From Laetmonice hystrix (Eukaryota): a DNA stretch of 64,000 nucleotides. Positions 11,763-25,179 of the stretch are shown here, piece by piece. Under the pieces are notes generated by a model. The model was given only the letters and a program-made list of their open reading frames with translations, searched no databases and was not told the origin of the DNA. A program made the position numbers and the translations under genes. Position 1 is the stretch's first letter, and each line of letters opens with the position of its first letter. The stretch covers positions 6,758,001 to 6,822,000 of the forward strand of contig OZ249446.1 in assembly GCA_965235115.1 (NCBI GenBank), read 5' to 3'.

Positions 11763-12733
11763 GTATGGGCAAAAATATTTCAGAAATGGTGCTCACTTCC
11801 GCTTTAGCAGTGCCCCCTTTCGGCAATCATAAAACTAAACATGGACGTGAGTGATGATGGAATGGTCGGAGTCTGAGACTGATGGTGTGTATGTGTATTA
11901 TACTCTCCCGCACGAAAAGAATCATCTGGCATTGCGCCTACTGTAGTGTAGAGTGAGGTAAGACGGCGGATGATAACCTCATGTCGATCTCAGGTCGAAC
12001 TTATGCCTCAGCTCGACTTCAACGTGTCCGGGTGGGTGTCCGGGGCGGCGGCGGCGGCGGCGACGATGATCGTTATCTCGCAGTCGCCCGACTCTAGATG
12101 CACCATTATTCTATACAGTCTGGTTGCTCCCTTTTCCATTGTCAGATAAACCCAGCTGAAGGCTGGGCCAAACTCGCCGTATTTCTCCATGTTGCTGGCA
12201 AAGAATAATTTTATGATAGTGTCGTCCACTAGTAATGTGATGTGCCGTTATCTGATGGGATCACTGTGTGCATTCAGTGCAGTGGCTGCATGGCCATAGA
12301 TGGATTCAGAATCTTACAAGGCCTGGGGATTATTATTTGAACATATTGCTGTTATTCCAAAGTATTAGTGGCAGTACTGATTGCTTTAATGCATGCATTG
12401 ATTTATTGGGAAAATAAAGTTATTTCCAGAAAAATAATGACCACATCAGCAGGTAAGAGCTAGAGTACTTATTGCAGAATGTTTTAACATTATCATCATT
12501 GATCTAATGAGCTGATCTGATCTTATGGGCCTATTTTTAAAGAATACAAGTTGCATTATTATAATATAAAATAATTATAATTTTTTTTATATATACGGGT
12601 ACCCAGGGTTGCCAACATGTAGGCCTACGGTTTGCCTGTAATTAAGTTGAAAACAAAATTTATATTACTGCTAATCAAATGCACCTGTCTTTTTGACAGA
12701 TTTTTCAGAAGATACCCTGAGAGATTTTACAGC

Positions 12734-15080
12734 ATGGACCAGGCCTGTGGTGGAGCATCATTACTAGTCACTGACAGTGAAATGGCTGTGTCCCATCCTG
12801 TCCATGACACAGATAATGCAGAGACTCCGGCGGAGTCGGAGAATGGTGCCGACAGTGGGGGAGAAACATTGCCTGTCACCCACAGTGAAATGGCTGTGTC
12901 TGATCGAGTCAATGACACAGATACTCTACCAGAGTCCGATAATGTCACCCACAGTGAAATGGCTGTGTCTGATCCCGTCGAGGACACAGATACTCTGCCA
13001 GAGTCAGATAGTGTCACGCACAGTGAAATGGCTGTGTCTGATCCAGTCCAGGACACAGATACTCTGCCAGAGTCAGATAGTGTCACCCACAGTGAAATGG
13101 CTGTGTCTGATTCCGTCAAGGACACAGATACTCTGCCAGAGTCTGATAGTGTCACGCACAGTGAAATGGCTGTGTCTGATTCCATCAAGGACACAGATAC
13201 TCTACCAGAGTCAGATAGTGTCACGCACAGTGAAATGGCTGTGTCTGACCCCGTCAAGGACACAGATACTCTGCCAGAGTCTGATAGTGTCACGCACAGT
13301 GAAATGGCTGTGTCTGACCCCGTCAAGGACACAGATACTCTACCAGAGTCAGATAGTGTCACGCACAGTGAAATGGCTGTGTCTGACCCCATCAAGGACA
13401 CCTATACTCTGCCAGAGTCAGATAGTGTCACCCACAGTGAAATGGCTGTGTCTGACCCCGACAAGGACACAGATACTCTGCCAGAGTCAGATAGTGTCAC
13501 CCACAGTGAAATGGCTGTGTCTGACCCCATCAAAGACACCTATACTCTGCCAGAGTCAGATAGTGTCACGCACAGTGAAATGGCTGTGTCTGATCCCGTC
13601 GAGGACACCTATACTCTGCCAGAGTCAGATAGTGTCACGCACAGTGAAATGGCTGTGTCTGACCCCATCAAGGACACCTATACTCTGCCAGAGTCAGATA
13701 GTGTCACGCACAGTGAAATGGCTGTGTCTGATCCCGTCGAGGACACCTATACTCTGCCAGAGTCAGATAGTGTCACGCACAGTGAAATGGCTGTGTCTGA
13801 TCCCGTCGAGGACACCTATACTCTGCCAGAGTCAGATAGTGTCACGCACAGTGAAATGGCTGTGTCTGACCCCATCAAGGACACCTATACTCTGCCAGAG
13901 TCAGATAGTGTCACGCACAGTGAAATGGCTGTGTCTGACCCCATCAAGGACACCTATACTCTGCCAGAGTCAGATAGTGTCACGCACAGTGAAATGGCTG
14001 CATCTGATCCAGTCATTGACACAAACAGTACAGAGACTTGCCCAGAATCGGAGAGTGTCAGTGTCAGTGAGGGAACATCATTGCTAGTAAACCACAGTGG
14101 AATGCCTGTGTCCGAGGCAGAAGCAGACAGTGACAATGATGGTGAGGTGTGCACCACATGGATTCTTGAAGGAAATGACGACAACATGGTGTTGAAAGCG
14201 GCAAGCTCTCCCAGTATGCCCGAGAGGGCAGATCCATCAGTATTTAGTCAAAGCAACGTCGGCACTGCTTCAAAGGAAACCCCAAAGTGGGTCCCTGAGG
14301 AAGATAATCCGACTACTTTGTGGGTTGTTGAAGTAGCAAAAAGTAGTGGATGTGCAAGTGTGCTGGAAACCAATGAGAAGGTTCCCTGTGCCGGTAAAAT
14401 TGCGACTGACTCAAAGAACTCCACTGAAATGAAGCAAGGGTTCATGGACAGGGGACCAGTTTGTGTGGATTCAGGTGGTGCAATGATGTTGGAACCCGAA
14501 AAATCATCCCTGCTAGAGGCTTCTGAACACACAGACAAGAAAACAGAAAAAAACAATGTGAAAAACATGAACCAGCCAAAAAATATCAATATAGAAGAAG
14601 ATGAACCGCAGGTTATTACTTTAGCTGATGACACAGAGTCCCTAGATGGTTGTAATCTGCCTGTTGATGGAGGGAATATAACCAAACAATCCACTGCTGG
14701 GCAGCAACAGAAAGATGTCGGAGAGGATCTTAATAACAGATTACCTGAACATAGTGCCAGGAAAATCACGGAGGAACGTATGTGTGGGCCGTGGAAGTTT
14801 GTTGTGAGGACAGTGGAACCCACAAATAGAAACCTCAACCGACTCACAGACGAGTGGGCCTCAGCTGCCCAGGAAGTTATTGCTTTGGAATCAATCAATC
14901 AGATCTCTGAAGCTGTTGACTGCGACATTGAGAGTCTCAGCGATGATTTCTTTATGGAACCACATGAGACTATTGCTGTGGAGTTAAACAGCACAGTGCC
15001 AGCTTATCCTGGGGATGCTGCATCAGAATGCAACAGTAATCACTTTACAAAGAGCAAGGGTCCCCAGGATGAAGAGGACG
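12734..15080 (+). CDS. Multi-C2H2 zinc-finger protein, large acidic low-complexity exon containing a 23-aa tandem repeat
   Basis: Part of ORF 12632-15379. Acceptor ttttgacAG near 12700 and Kozak-like AGCATGG at 12734. Phase-1 donor G|gtgata at 15081 matches the next exon. Start and donor are inferred. Confidence 0.65.
12875..14010 (+). repeat. Coding minisatellite, 69-bp unit (VTHSEMAVSDPxxDT[D/Y]TLPESDS) x16 plus a partial 17th copy
   Basis: Units start at 12875 with exact 69-bp spacing (17th starts 13979); frame preserved throughout. Confidence 0.95.
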
Positions 15081-15975
15081 GTGATATCTGTGTGTTGGCC
15101 CAGCCCCCTAAAGTTTTCTACGAGTCTGACAGAGTGAGCATTCAGTCATCTGTTCTTTGTAGCTTATCTTATGGCAATCAAACAGATATTTATAGTACAA
15201 TAAGAGGACAGGGTTCTTTTCAAACCTTATTGGCCAGAATATTATCCAGAGCAGTGGCCCAGCAAAAAAATTTAAAACTTTGGTTTTCTGATTACTACCG
15301 GTACTTACATTTTCTGGAGAAAGGAGAGTTTGCATTTTTTGACTTACCAGATATGCAAAATATAAATGGGGAAAAGTGATACATAGTGTACATATATACC
15401 GTATATCAAACATTGAGGCAAAAGTCTTCCTGTCTTCAGATACTTGGATTACTGATGCCAGGTCAAGATTTCTTGGCTATCAGTAATCCCTAAAAATTTG
15501 AAGTCCAGATTGACAGTAAAACTAATGAGTTAAGCAAGGAAAAAGATAGTAAAAGTCCTTACAAATTTTGAAAATTTTTGACTAAATACTTAATTCCTGC
15601 CTCAAACTAAAGGAGCTTTTAACTTAAGTGAGTGAGTGAATTTATGTTAACCAGAAATACCGTAAGTATCGCTGTGTCTTTTGCAGAAGGCAGTCCCTGG
15701 AGACATCAGATTTATGCAACATGACGTTGAAGGTGGCAACTGCTGTAGCTCGGATGGTATGTTGATTATCATTTCCCATAGTCATCATTGTTGCTAGCAA
15801 TTTCTTGCATCCCCTGAGGGCTGTCAATCATGTCATTTTGAACCATAGATATTATATCCCATGTTCAAATATTTTTGCGTCTCTGTGTTCAAATATTTTT
15901 GCATCTCAACGTCTCTGGCCCTGTGTCATTGTTGATGGAAAAACTAGAAATTCTTGTTTTTACTAATTAATGCAG

Positions 15976-16056
15976 ATGGGGGCCACGAAGAACAACCAGA
16001 GCCTGCTCAGGAACAGATTCCACATAATAAGACACCAGCTAAACCAGCAAGAAAAG
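15976..16056 (+). CDS. Zinc-finger protein, 81-nt internal exon
   Basis: taatgcAG|ATGGGG...AGAAAAG|gtataa; phase 1-1; DGGHEEQPEPAQEQIPHNKTPAKPARK. Confidence 0.7.
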
Positions 16057-16487
16057 GTATAAATTAATTATTATGTATCTTCGGTAATTTGAGAGTAAAC
16101 TTTGAGATATACATGTATGTATATTCAAATTGTACCATGATATGCCATTTTGTTGAAATTCTCACTTAGCTTTACTATGGAAATGAAAACGAACTTTGGC
16201 AGCTGCATCCTTGCAAAGAAAACCTCAAAAGTTGTGTTGCATCAGTCGGGTTACAAGTTTTTTATGGTTGAGGCTAATCAGCATTGACAAATAAGTCATA
16301 CCTTTTCTCACCCAGTAAAATAGTGACTTTTGAGTAGCGATATCAAACATTGTACCGGTACCAGTGATTTTGTATTGTGAATATCATCAGAAATTGTATA
16401 ATGATAACTCTTTGTCTTAAGTTGGTAAGCATGCCACATACATATCCATACACATGGATTTGTATTACATGTATGTGTAAATTACAG

Positions 16488-17845
16488 GGGGACAGAAGCG
16501 AAAGAGAAATAATCGGAGTCGGAAACGGAGGAATAAGAATCAGCAGTGCAAAAAGAGTACAACAGAGAAGCCCTCGAAAAGCAGCACCTGCAATGATAGT
16601 GATAATATGGACACCAATCAAACGGACATTGCATCGCAATCTGAACCCATAATAATGGTGGAGAGGATGAACAGCAGGTACAGCATGAGAATGAGACCGT
16701 CATCGGAAATGAAGTATGCAGAAGTTGGTAGTGATATTGAAAATGAAATAGAAGAGCCTTCGACTTCGAAACGCAAAGAGAGCCCTCAGTATCATATAAG
16801 AACGCAAGACAATGGTAAGAAAGTATTTGTGTGTAAAGTTTGTGGAAAAGGCTTCAGCTGTCTGAGTTTCCTCAAAAGACATAGAGCAATTCACACCGGA
16901 GAAAAGTCTCACACATGTCCCATATGTAATAAGAGTTTCAGTTTACATGGAAATCTGAAAACCCACATGAAAATTCATTTAAATGATAAACCATATGTAT
17001 GTAAGGTGTGCAATAAAGCCTTTAGGTTTCCTGATGCGTTAAAAACCCATGAGAGAGTACACACAGGAGAGAGACCATTTAAATGTAAGATCTGCGGCAA
17101 AGGCTTCACCCAGTGGGGACCACGTAGAAACCACATGATGATTCACACTGGTGAAAAGCCGTTCTCCTGTACTGTCTGTGGTAAGCAGTTCAGAAATGAA
17201 GGTAATCTATACAAACACAGGGTTGTACACACAAAAGAGAGAGCCTATCCATGCACATACTGTGAGAAACGTTTCACAGAAAATGGAGCTTTGAAAAGAC
17301 ATCTTCGAACACATACAGGGGAGAGGCCATTCACGTGCGAGATATGTGGAAAGGGCTTTACAGAGGGTGGCAGTTTAGGTCGTCACGTAATAACACAACA
17401 CACAGACCAGCAGCCATTCACTTGTATAGTCTGTGACAAAAGGTTTGCTCTGCAGGTATATTTAACCAACCACCTCCGAACTCACACAGGTGCCAGACCA
17501 TATAGTTGTGAAATTTGTGGAAAGACGTCATCAACTTTAGCCAATATTCAAACCCACAAATTGATCCATACAAACGAAAAGCCATTTCGTTGTAAAACAT
17601 GCGGCAAGCCTTTTCGTTCAAAAAGTAATATGCAAAAACATGAGAGGATACACACCGGCGAAAGGCCTTTCAAGTGTGACATTTGTCATATGACTTTCAC
17701 TCATTCAGGTAATATGAAGCTTCATGTGAAAAGACACACTAGGGAGAAACCACACGTGTGTAGTGCTTGTGGCAAAGGCTTTATTAAACTAGTATCCCTG
17801 AAAAGCCACATGTTTAAAGCACATAATAAGAAGTTTAAGGCATAA
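16488..17845 (+). CDS. Zinc-finger protein, terminal exon: basic NLS-like stretch plus 12 C2H2 fingers
   Basis: Acceptor aattacAG|GG in phase 1 opens into ORF 16607-17845; QKRKRNNRSRKRR; 12 CxxC...HxxxH fingers with TGEKP/TGERP linkers. Joined CDS 3786 nt (1261 aa). Confidence 0.9.
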
Positions 17846-18614
17846 ATTGCGTTATAACCAGCTGATTATAACCATCATAAACTCCTTACTTAAGTGACGT
17901 AAATGATGGTCGTTATTAGTGTTGATTAGTGTTGATAGTGTTGCAAAAAACAGCTAAGTGTGGCGGTCCATTAAAATCGCAAAATTAAGATTTGTTACAT
18001 TTGGCATAACATTTTGTATTTACATCTAGTCAGATGACATTGATATATCCTTTCTAGTGGGAAATCATTGCCAACATAAGAAACAACATACATGTAATTA
18101 GATAACAATTGTCGCGACCGAAAGATGTTGAAGGGAAACAGAAGTATATCTTACCTATATATCTCATATTTTGTGATGTAAAGTAAAAATAGAAAGTAGG
18201 CAAATGCCATGGCTAAAAGTTTAGTATGCATACAAAGGTATTGTGTATTCATGATTCTTTCATAATGTGTACTTGTATACAAGTTATATGCATGTGGTTA
18301 TTGTTATATTTCTGCTAACGTTATTTAGTGTTAGTATTAGTGTTGAAAGAGAGATACGAAGTATTTTGCACTGTATGTTCAAGGTAGGCCTACCTCTGCT
18401 TTACACCCAAGCCTGTTGCATTGTGCAATTTCTCATCCAACCTCCAGCTGCTGCAACGAATCAATGGTAAAACATGGAAACTAGCATTTAAAATAAGACG
18501 CAGACCCTTTATCTGAGATGTATATTGCTGCTATTTGTATGAATCAATAAATATATCTATATATAAACCAGCCCAGTCTTCAAGGGTTGCTTGGCTCAGG
18601 GAAATAACATATAA

Positions 18615-20099
18615 GGTCGCAAGTCACAAAGTGGTCATAAAATGTGTTACATGGTCAAAAATGGCAATTTTGCTATTTTTGGATATATCAATAAGCCACC
18701 CAAGGCCTATCAGATAATGTACTTGTAATTTATTACTAATCATCCATTAACGAGATAATGCTAATTATGCGTCATGAATTACTAGGAAAATGCATTACAA
18801 TAAACAAACGTTTTCTTTATTTTCTCAAAACGGACATCCATCAGAAAAAATTCTCTAAAATCCTTAATTCTAGTCCGATTTGAATTCTGTTTGCTGCAAA
18901 ATAAAGATGAGACCTTGGGCTATTTGGAGCAATCATTACTTTTCCACTTACTTTGAAGTAAGTGGTTCATGTGGCAGTGGGAACCCGAGTGTGAAAAACG
19001 AAGTCACATTTCTCAAAAATGTCAGAATTCAAGTGAAAGCTATCGAAACTATTAATAGTGTGCACAAATGAGCACTGTGACTTCTATTGCTTCTTTTGAG
19101 AAGTTAATCAACATTATCAGTCAAGATTAGTGAGTGAATATTCCACACATAATGTCCTCATGATCCACATTGTCAAGAATATAATTGCCCGACTTGTCCA
19201 TGGTCATTTCTATGCCGACATATACCACGCAACCTACAGGAATAACAGTAGGGTCTGTACATTTCTTGTAAACAGAACCTTCCCTGGTCTCTTTAATTAG
19301 TTCAAAATAAAACCCCCTCAAAACTTTAGTTCCTGCAGAGTACCTATGTCCACTGTCCACAACATCTTTTAAGTCAAAGTCTGTACTCGATCTGTGGATA
19401 TGAAGAGAAGATAGTCCCTCCGTGACTCAACATTTAGTCTTATTGCAACTATGCTGTCCTGGAAGATAAGTTCATGCATTAGGTTTTCACTTTCAGGAGG
19501 ACGCTCCATTTGATCATCCCCTATGTCCTCTCCTACACTTTCTTCATCTCCTGAAGTATCACTATTGGCAAGAGCACTTTTTAAAAACTTTACAAGTTCG
19601 AAACGATCAACTGTGTGTACATTCTCACACCTTTCAAAATGCAACTCGGACAGTAACAAGAGAGTAGCCTAGTTTTCAGTTTTCCCTCTTCACCAGCTGA
19701 TGCCACACAGTGCAATTTCTCTATTCCCTTGATTGTTGAAAATTGTGTCAAAATAAAACCCCCTCAAAACTGAACTAAGCTGAAATAATGTTGGCAGAAA
19801 CAATGAGAAAGCAAGTGAATTCTACATCAGTATTCCACCGCCACCACCTCCACCGCCACCTCCACCGCCTGATCCACCCCTGACATATGTTGATTTTTTT
19901 CCACCCATGCCTTGCTCCTTTCCCCCTGGTACTTTACAGTTGGTGTCATTTGAAAGCCAAGAAGATAAGCTACAAAATGATACCTAAATTACCAGTACAG
20001 CCTTCCTACTTCTCAAGAAAATCAAAATGAAACGATGAAAAAAAATCTTTAATGTAACAATTCCACCATTTTCAGTAGACCAGTTTGTGACTTGCGACC
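18615..20099 (-). mobile_element. 1485-bp non-autonomous cut-and-paste DNA transposon with 22-bp TIRs and 4-bp TSD, retaining a frameshifted transposase-like C-terminus
   Basis: ATAA|GGTCGCAAGTCACAAAGTGGTC ... GACCAGTTTGTGACTTGCGACC|ATAA. Minus strand about 19770-19127 encodes TIKGIEKLHCV...TRLLSCYCPSC, (frameshift) CENVHTVDRF, then VLRGFYFE...IPVGCVVY. Confidence 0.8.
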
Positions 20100-20261
20100 A
20101 TAAGCACGTTTGTAGAAATGGTTCCCGGCTCATTCGCCAGGTGACCACAGGGCCACCTAGCGAATGAGCCGGGAACCAGACAACGGATTTGCGCATAACA
20201 AGGAAATTTTCTCTCGGTCACCAGTACTTCACTATAACCGGACACCCCTCCAGCAGGGCTT

Positions 20262-20499
20262 GCTGCCGACTGCTTTATCAAAGGCCGGCCGTGTCACGAT
20301 ACGTCTATGTGGAGGGGCACGTTAAAGATCCCTTGGCACCTATCGATAAGAGTAGGGGTTCGCCCCGATGCCAGGTTTCCTCCTATCATCTCATTATCAC
20401 CCAATGGATTTCACCGACTGAGTTAGTTACCTTGTTCTCGCCCTGAAATAGCTGGAATACTGCTGACTGGGCGTTAAACACCAACTACTCACTCACTCA
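20262..20499 (+). mobile_element. 5'-truncated SINE with (ACTC)n tail
   Basis: 14-bp TSD CTCCAGCAGGGCTT at 20248-20261 and 20500-20513; tail ggcgttaaacaccaactactcactcactcac. Confidence 0.8.
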
Positions 20500-22561
20500 C
20501 TCCAGCAGGGCTTAACCGCTTAATTATTAATATAGAAAAAAGGAACGAAATAGCTAAAAAAAAAAAAAAAAAAAGTAGGCCCCTATACGAAGTACGTGTA
20601 AGTTTGAATAAAGATGATTTTATAAGAAAGGGAACAATTTACCCATCAGGTACGCCATCTATTAGTTGATAAACGTTTAGGTAGGGTAAGGTCCCTCTCA
20701 CGCCCATTGGCAGTGGCTTACTACACGTGTAAAAATAATATGAAGTTATCGCGGCTTCCAGTTAAATGCTTGATACAAAGTAGTGCTAAGAGGTTCTGGG
20801 TATGGACCTAATCCATTTATAATGTTTTTTTACATTAAGGACCGAAGCAAGTGTATCCATATTAACAGCGGAAGACTAATTTAAAGCTTGGACCACACTG
20901 ACCCTTAAGTAATACGACCTGCTTCCGTACCATACGTACCATGCAGGAGCTGAAATATGCCTGTTTAACTTTCAGCCCAAGGCTGAAGATAAAGGTAAGA
21001 GAGTCGTAACAACTCCGAGGATTTACAAAGGAAGCTGACGGTAGGTGTAGGTCTTACATAGTGGCTGCTGTTCTTAAATAGTGGCTGCTGTTTCAACATA
21101 CAGAAAAAAAATGAAATATCATAGCACATTTCATTATTATCATAGATCATATCTATGATTATATCAAACAATTATTTCTTTATGTGCACCCATAGATTCT
21201 AGCCGAGAACAACATGTAATCTTAACTGCTTAGTTATTAAACTATACATAGAACTGGAATTACGAGAACTCCGAATTAATAATGTATGTAACTTAAAAAG
21301 GTAAAAAGTTAGAAAAGGTGACAATAGCGTTAGGCGTTTGGTAAGCATACCAAAATAGTTTTGTATAATATTTGAAGGTAAAATTTTATAAATAGATTTC
21401 TGATGAAGAAGGCGGTAGTGAAGAAGCTAAAGCAAATCTGGCAAGACGAACAGTAGAAGGGCTTCAAGAGGTATATTTCAACCGGTCTCTCAATATTTGG
21501 AATAGAAGATGCGAAGTATGGGATGTTTCAGCTTAAGGTTGAGTACCGTGTAGAGTAAGATTTTCTAGGAAAAACAAATGTAAAAGAGCTGGAACAGCTC
21601 CACAAATTTAATCAGGCTGAAATCCTGACGACTACGAATAAGAACGGTGGTCACCCGGTTCACGTCTATCAGAAGATATCTGGAACCGTTTGTTCGTTAT
21701 AGCCTGATGTAAGCAACTGGAAGTACGTATCAATATTCTGACAAGGTAAGAATAGATAAGTCCATATCTAATCAATAACACCATTATAGTTACCTCATTT
21801 TGTTTCGATTTCATACTGAAAACGGCAGACAAAATCACGTCATATTGAAAGACTATAGTCTTTTTTTCCCAAATGTGTAGGCTACAATTTCACGCTGAGA
21901 AGAGTGAGTGAATATATTACGTTTTGCGCTGAGAAGATGATCGGGTGAGAACCAAAACATGGTTAACCTATCGATCTGATTTTCGTGTACATTCGCTAAT
22001 ACTACGAATTCAATCCTATAAACGTAGGATCTTAACTGCAGCGTTTTTGCTAGCAATCAGGGCCCGGTTTTTCGAAAATACTTAAGTCTGAATTTCACTC
22101 AACTCTACTCAACTCAGGAAATGGAGGATTTACAGTGGCTAAAAACGTTCTTTAAGTAGGCAGACTATCTATAGGAAGTATCCCCAATGCTGATGTTATT
22201 TGTAGGCAGCCGGAGATGGTTTGTCTCCGACGGCAGAACGAGGAGATTGAGGATAAGTGTTGAGTGTCTGGCATGCACCTATTGGTTCTAATTAGTGTCC
22301 TGCAGACATTGATATACCTGAACCTCTGAATTCTTACGCTAGAAATAGATGGTCAGTCTGATAGGCAAGGATAAATGTAGTGACTTAATCAATAAGTTGC
22401 CCAAAATAGCCTAAATATCTCAGCATAATGGAGATCACTCCGATGGAGTAAAGAAGATACGACCACTGCTAAGACGAATTAATCCAGGGCTAAATATATT
22501 AACGAGTATTGAGGACGCTCAGGTCTCTCATCTTGCAGCCCAAGGCTCCGGCATTGATATA

Positions 22562-22768
22562 AGGGTCCTTAGCCACTAAGCCGGCCGGTCAGCCGATTCC
22601 GAAAATGCATGGATGTAATTAGGCCCATTATAATGAGTGTAGATAAATAAGGTACCATTATGAGCACATATATATGTTTTCCGATTTTTGTTTACTATGA
22701 CCTATACAAACTCCTACAGAGTATCAAAAATGTGGCGTCGGCCGGTCAGCGGATTAGTGGATAGGGCC
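22562..22768. mobile_element. ~205-bp MITE at the left edge of the array
   Basis: Imperfect TIRs AGGGTCCTTAGCCACTAAGCCG ... CGGATTAGTGGATAGGGCCT. Confidence 0.5.
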
Positions 22769-25179
22769 TTAGATGGCATGCAAAATACATGAAAAGCTAA
22801 CTAGGACAATGAACGCCTATATGGCATCCAGTGGAATGCAGTCCCACAGTTCCACAAAGGTTGAAGGCACCCGTTGAAGGCAAGTATTAATTAAGCAATT
22901 ATTAATTAGGATGGTGTTCAGCCGAATCAAGTCTGTCAGACTTGGCACGGTGAGAAGCAGTCCCAAAGGGCACTGTAGAATAGGAGAAACAATTTAGATA
23001 ACGAGAAGGGTAAACGCCAGAGAAATTAGAACAGTAGAGATAGGAGAGTGCCCAACCATCGCGGGTCTAAAGCATTTCAGTCCCTCAGTTATCAGCCCAA
23101 GGCTGACGACATCAGTGTTGGTGACAGCAGATAGGAATTCTGAGAGTTGTAAAATACATAAAAAGCTAAGCAGAACAGTGAATGCCTATGGCGTTCAGTA
23201 GAAGATAGTGCAACAGTTCGTCAAGGTCAAAGGGTGCAGCAGACGATCATCAAGATAAATTCAGGGGAAGCACACAGTTATTTAGCAAGTCCCGAGGACT
23301 CAAATTTTGTAGTTAGTGTAGTGTTCAGGCAAATTAAGTCTGTAAGAAAAATGACATGGTAAGAAGCAGTCCCAAAGGGCACTGTACAGTAGAAGAAATC
23401 AGTTGGATAAGCAAAATGGTAAACGTCAGAAATATATGAAAATAAGAGATTGGCTCATGCCCAAATATCGCGAGTCTAAATGATTTAGTCCCTGCCGTTA
23501 TCAGCCCAAGGCTGAAGATATCAGTAGGGTTGACAGCATATAGAAATTTGACAACGCCTGAAGACATCCGTACAGGGTACAGCAGACTATCATCAAGATG
23601 AATTCAGGCTAACCAAGCAGTTCTTTGGCAAGTCCTGAGGACTCGCAAAGTATTAATTAAGATGGCATTTAGCCGACTCAAGTTTCTCAGGAAAATGGCA
23701 GGGTGATAAGCAGTCCCAAAGGGCACTGTAGATTAGAAGAAACAATTTTCATAAGGAGAACGCTATACGCCAGATATATTAGAACAGAAGAGATTATATA
23801 GTGCCCAACCATCGCTAGTCTAAAGGATTTAGTCCGTCAGCTATCAGCCCAAGGCTAAAGACATCAGTAGGGTTGACAGCATAGAGACATTCTGAGAAAT
23901 GGCATGTAAAATAGACGAAAAACTAACCAGGACAATGAACGCCTATGGCATCCAGTAGAATGCAGTCCCAACAGTTCCACAAAGGTTGAAGGCACCCGTA
24001 CAGGGTGCAGCAGACTGACATCAATATACTTTAAGGTTTAGTAGAAAATTATTTGGCAAGTCCTGAGGACTCAAAAAGTATTAATAAGAATGGTGTTCTG
24101 CCGAATCAAGTCTGTCAGACTTGGCACGGTGAGAAGCAGTCCCAAAGGGCACTGTAGATTAGAAAAAAACAATTTCGATAACGAGAACGGTAAACGCCAG
24201 ATATATTAGAACAGAAGAGATTGGATAGTACCCAACCATCGCGAGTCTAAAGCATTTTAGTCCTCAGTTATCAGCCCAAGGCTGACGACATCAGTGGTGC
24301 TGACAGCATATAGAATTATTCTAAGAGTTGAGGTGCAACGCCATGAAAAACTAACCAGGACAATGAATGCGTATGGCATCCAGTAGAATGCAGTCCCAGC
24401 AGTTCCACAAAGCCTGAAGACACCCGTACAGGGTGCAGCAGACTATCATCAAGAAAACTCAGGCTAAGCAAGCAGTTCTTTGGCAAGTCCTGGGGACTCG
24501 CAAAGTATTAATTAAGATGGCATTTAGCCGACTCAAGTTTCTCAGGAAAATGGCAGGCTGATATGCAGTCCCAAAGGGCACTGTAGATTAGAGGAAACAA
24601 TTTTGATGAGGAGAACGGTAAACGCCAGATATATTAGAACAGAAGAGATTGGATAGTACCCAACCATCGCGAGTCTAAAGCATTTTAGTCCTCCGTTATC
24701 AGCCAAAGGCTGAAGACATCAGTGGTGGTGACAGCATATAGAAATTCTAAGAGTTGAGGTGCAACGCCATGAAAAACTAACCAGGACAATGAATGCCTAT
24801 GGCATCCAGTAGAATGCAGTCCCAACAGTTCCGCAAAGGTTGAAGGCACCCATACAGGGTGCAGCAGACTAACATCAGTATACTTTAAGGTTTAGCAAAA
24901 AATTATTTGGCAAGTGCTGAAGACTTAAAAGTATTAATTAGGATGGTGTTCTGCCGAATCAAGTCTGTCAGACTAGGCACGGTGAGAAGCAGTCCCAAAG
25001 GGCACTGTAGAATAGAAGAAACAATTTTGATAACGAGAAACGTAAACGCCAGAGATATTAGAACAGTAGAGATAGGAGAGTGCCCAACCATCGCGGGTCT
25101 AAAGCATTTCAGTCCCTCAGTTATCAGCCAAAGGCTGAAGACATCAGTGGTGGTGTGAGCAGATAGGATTTCGGAGAGT

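Noticed and set aside
12008-12229. 73-aa minus-strand ORF with poly-Ala
   Set aside because: Partly driven by a (GCG)n tract; no motif or splice support.
12727-14087. Long alternative-frame and antisense ORFs (436 aa +, 224 aa -)
   Set aside because: Shadows of the stop-poor 69-bp repeat.
12632-15379. 915-aa ORF taken as a complete protein
   Set aside because: Its first ~25 codons and last ~100 codons read through AT-rich intron-like sequence; splice phases link it to the zinc-finger exons instead.
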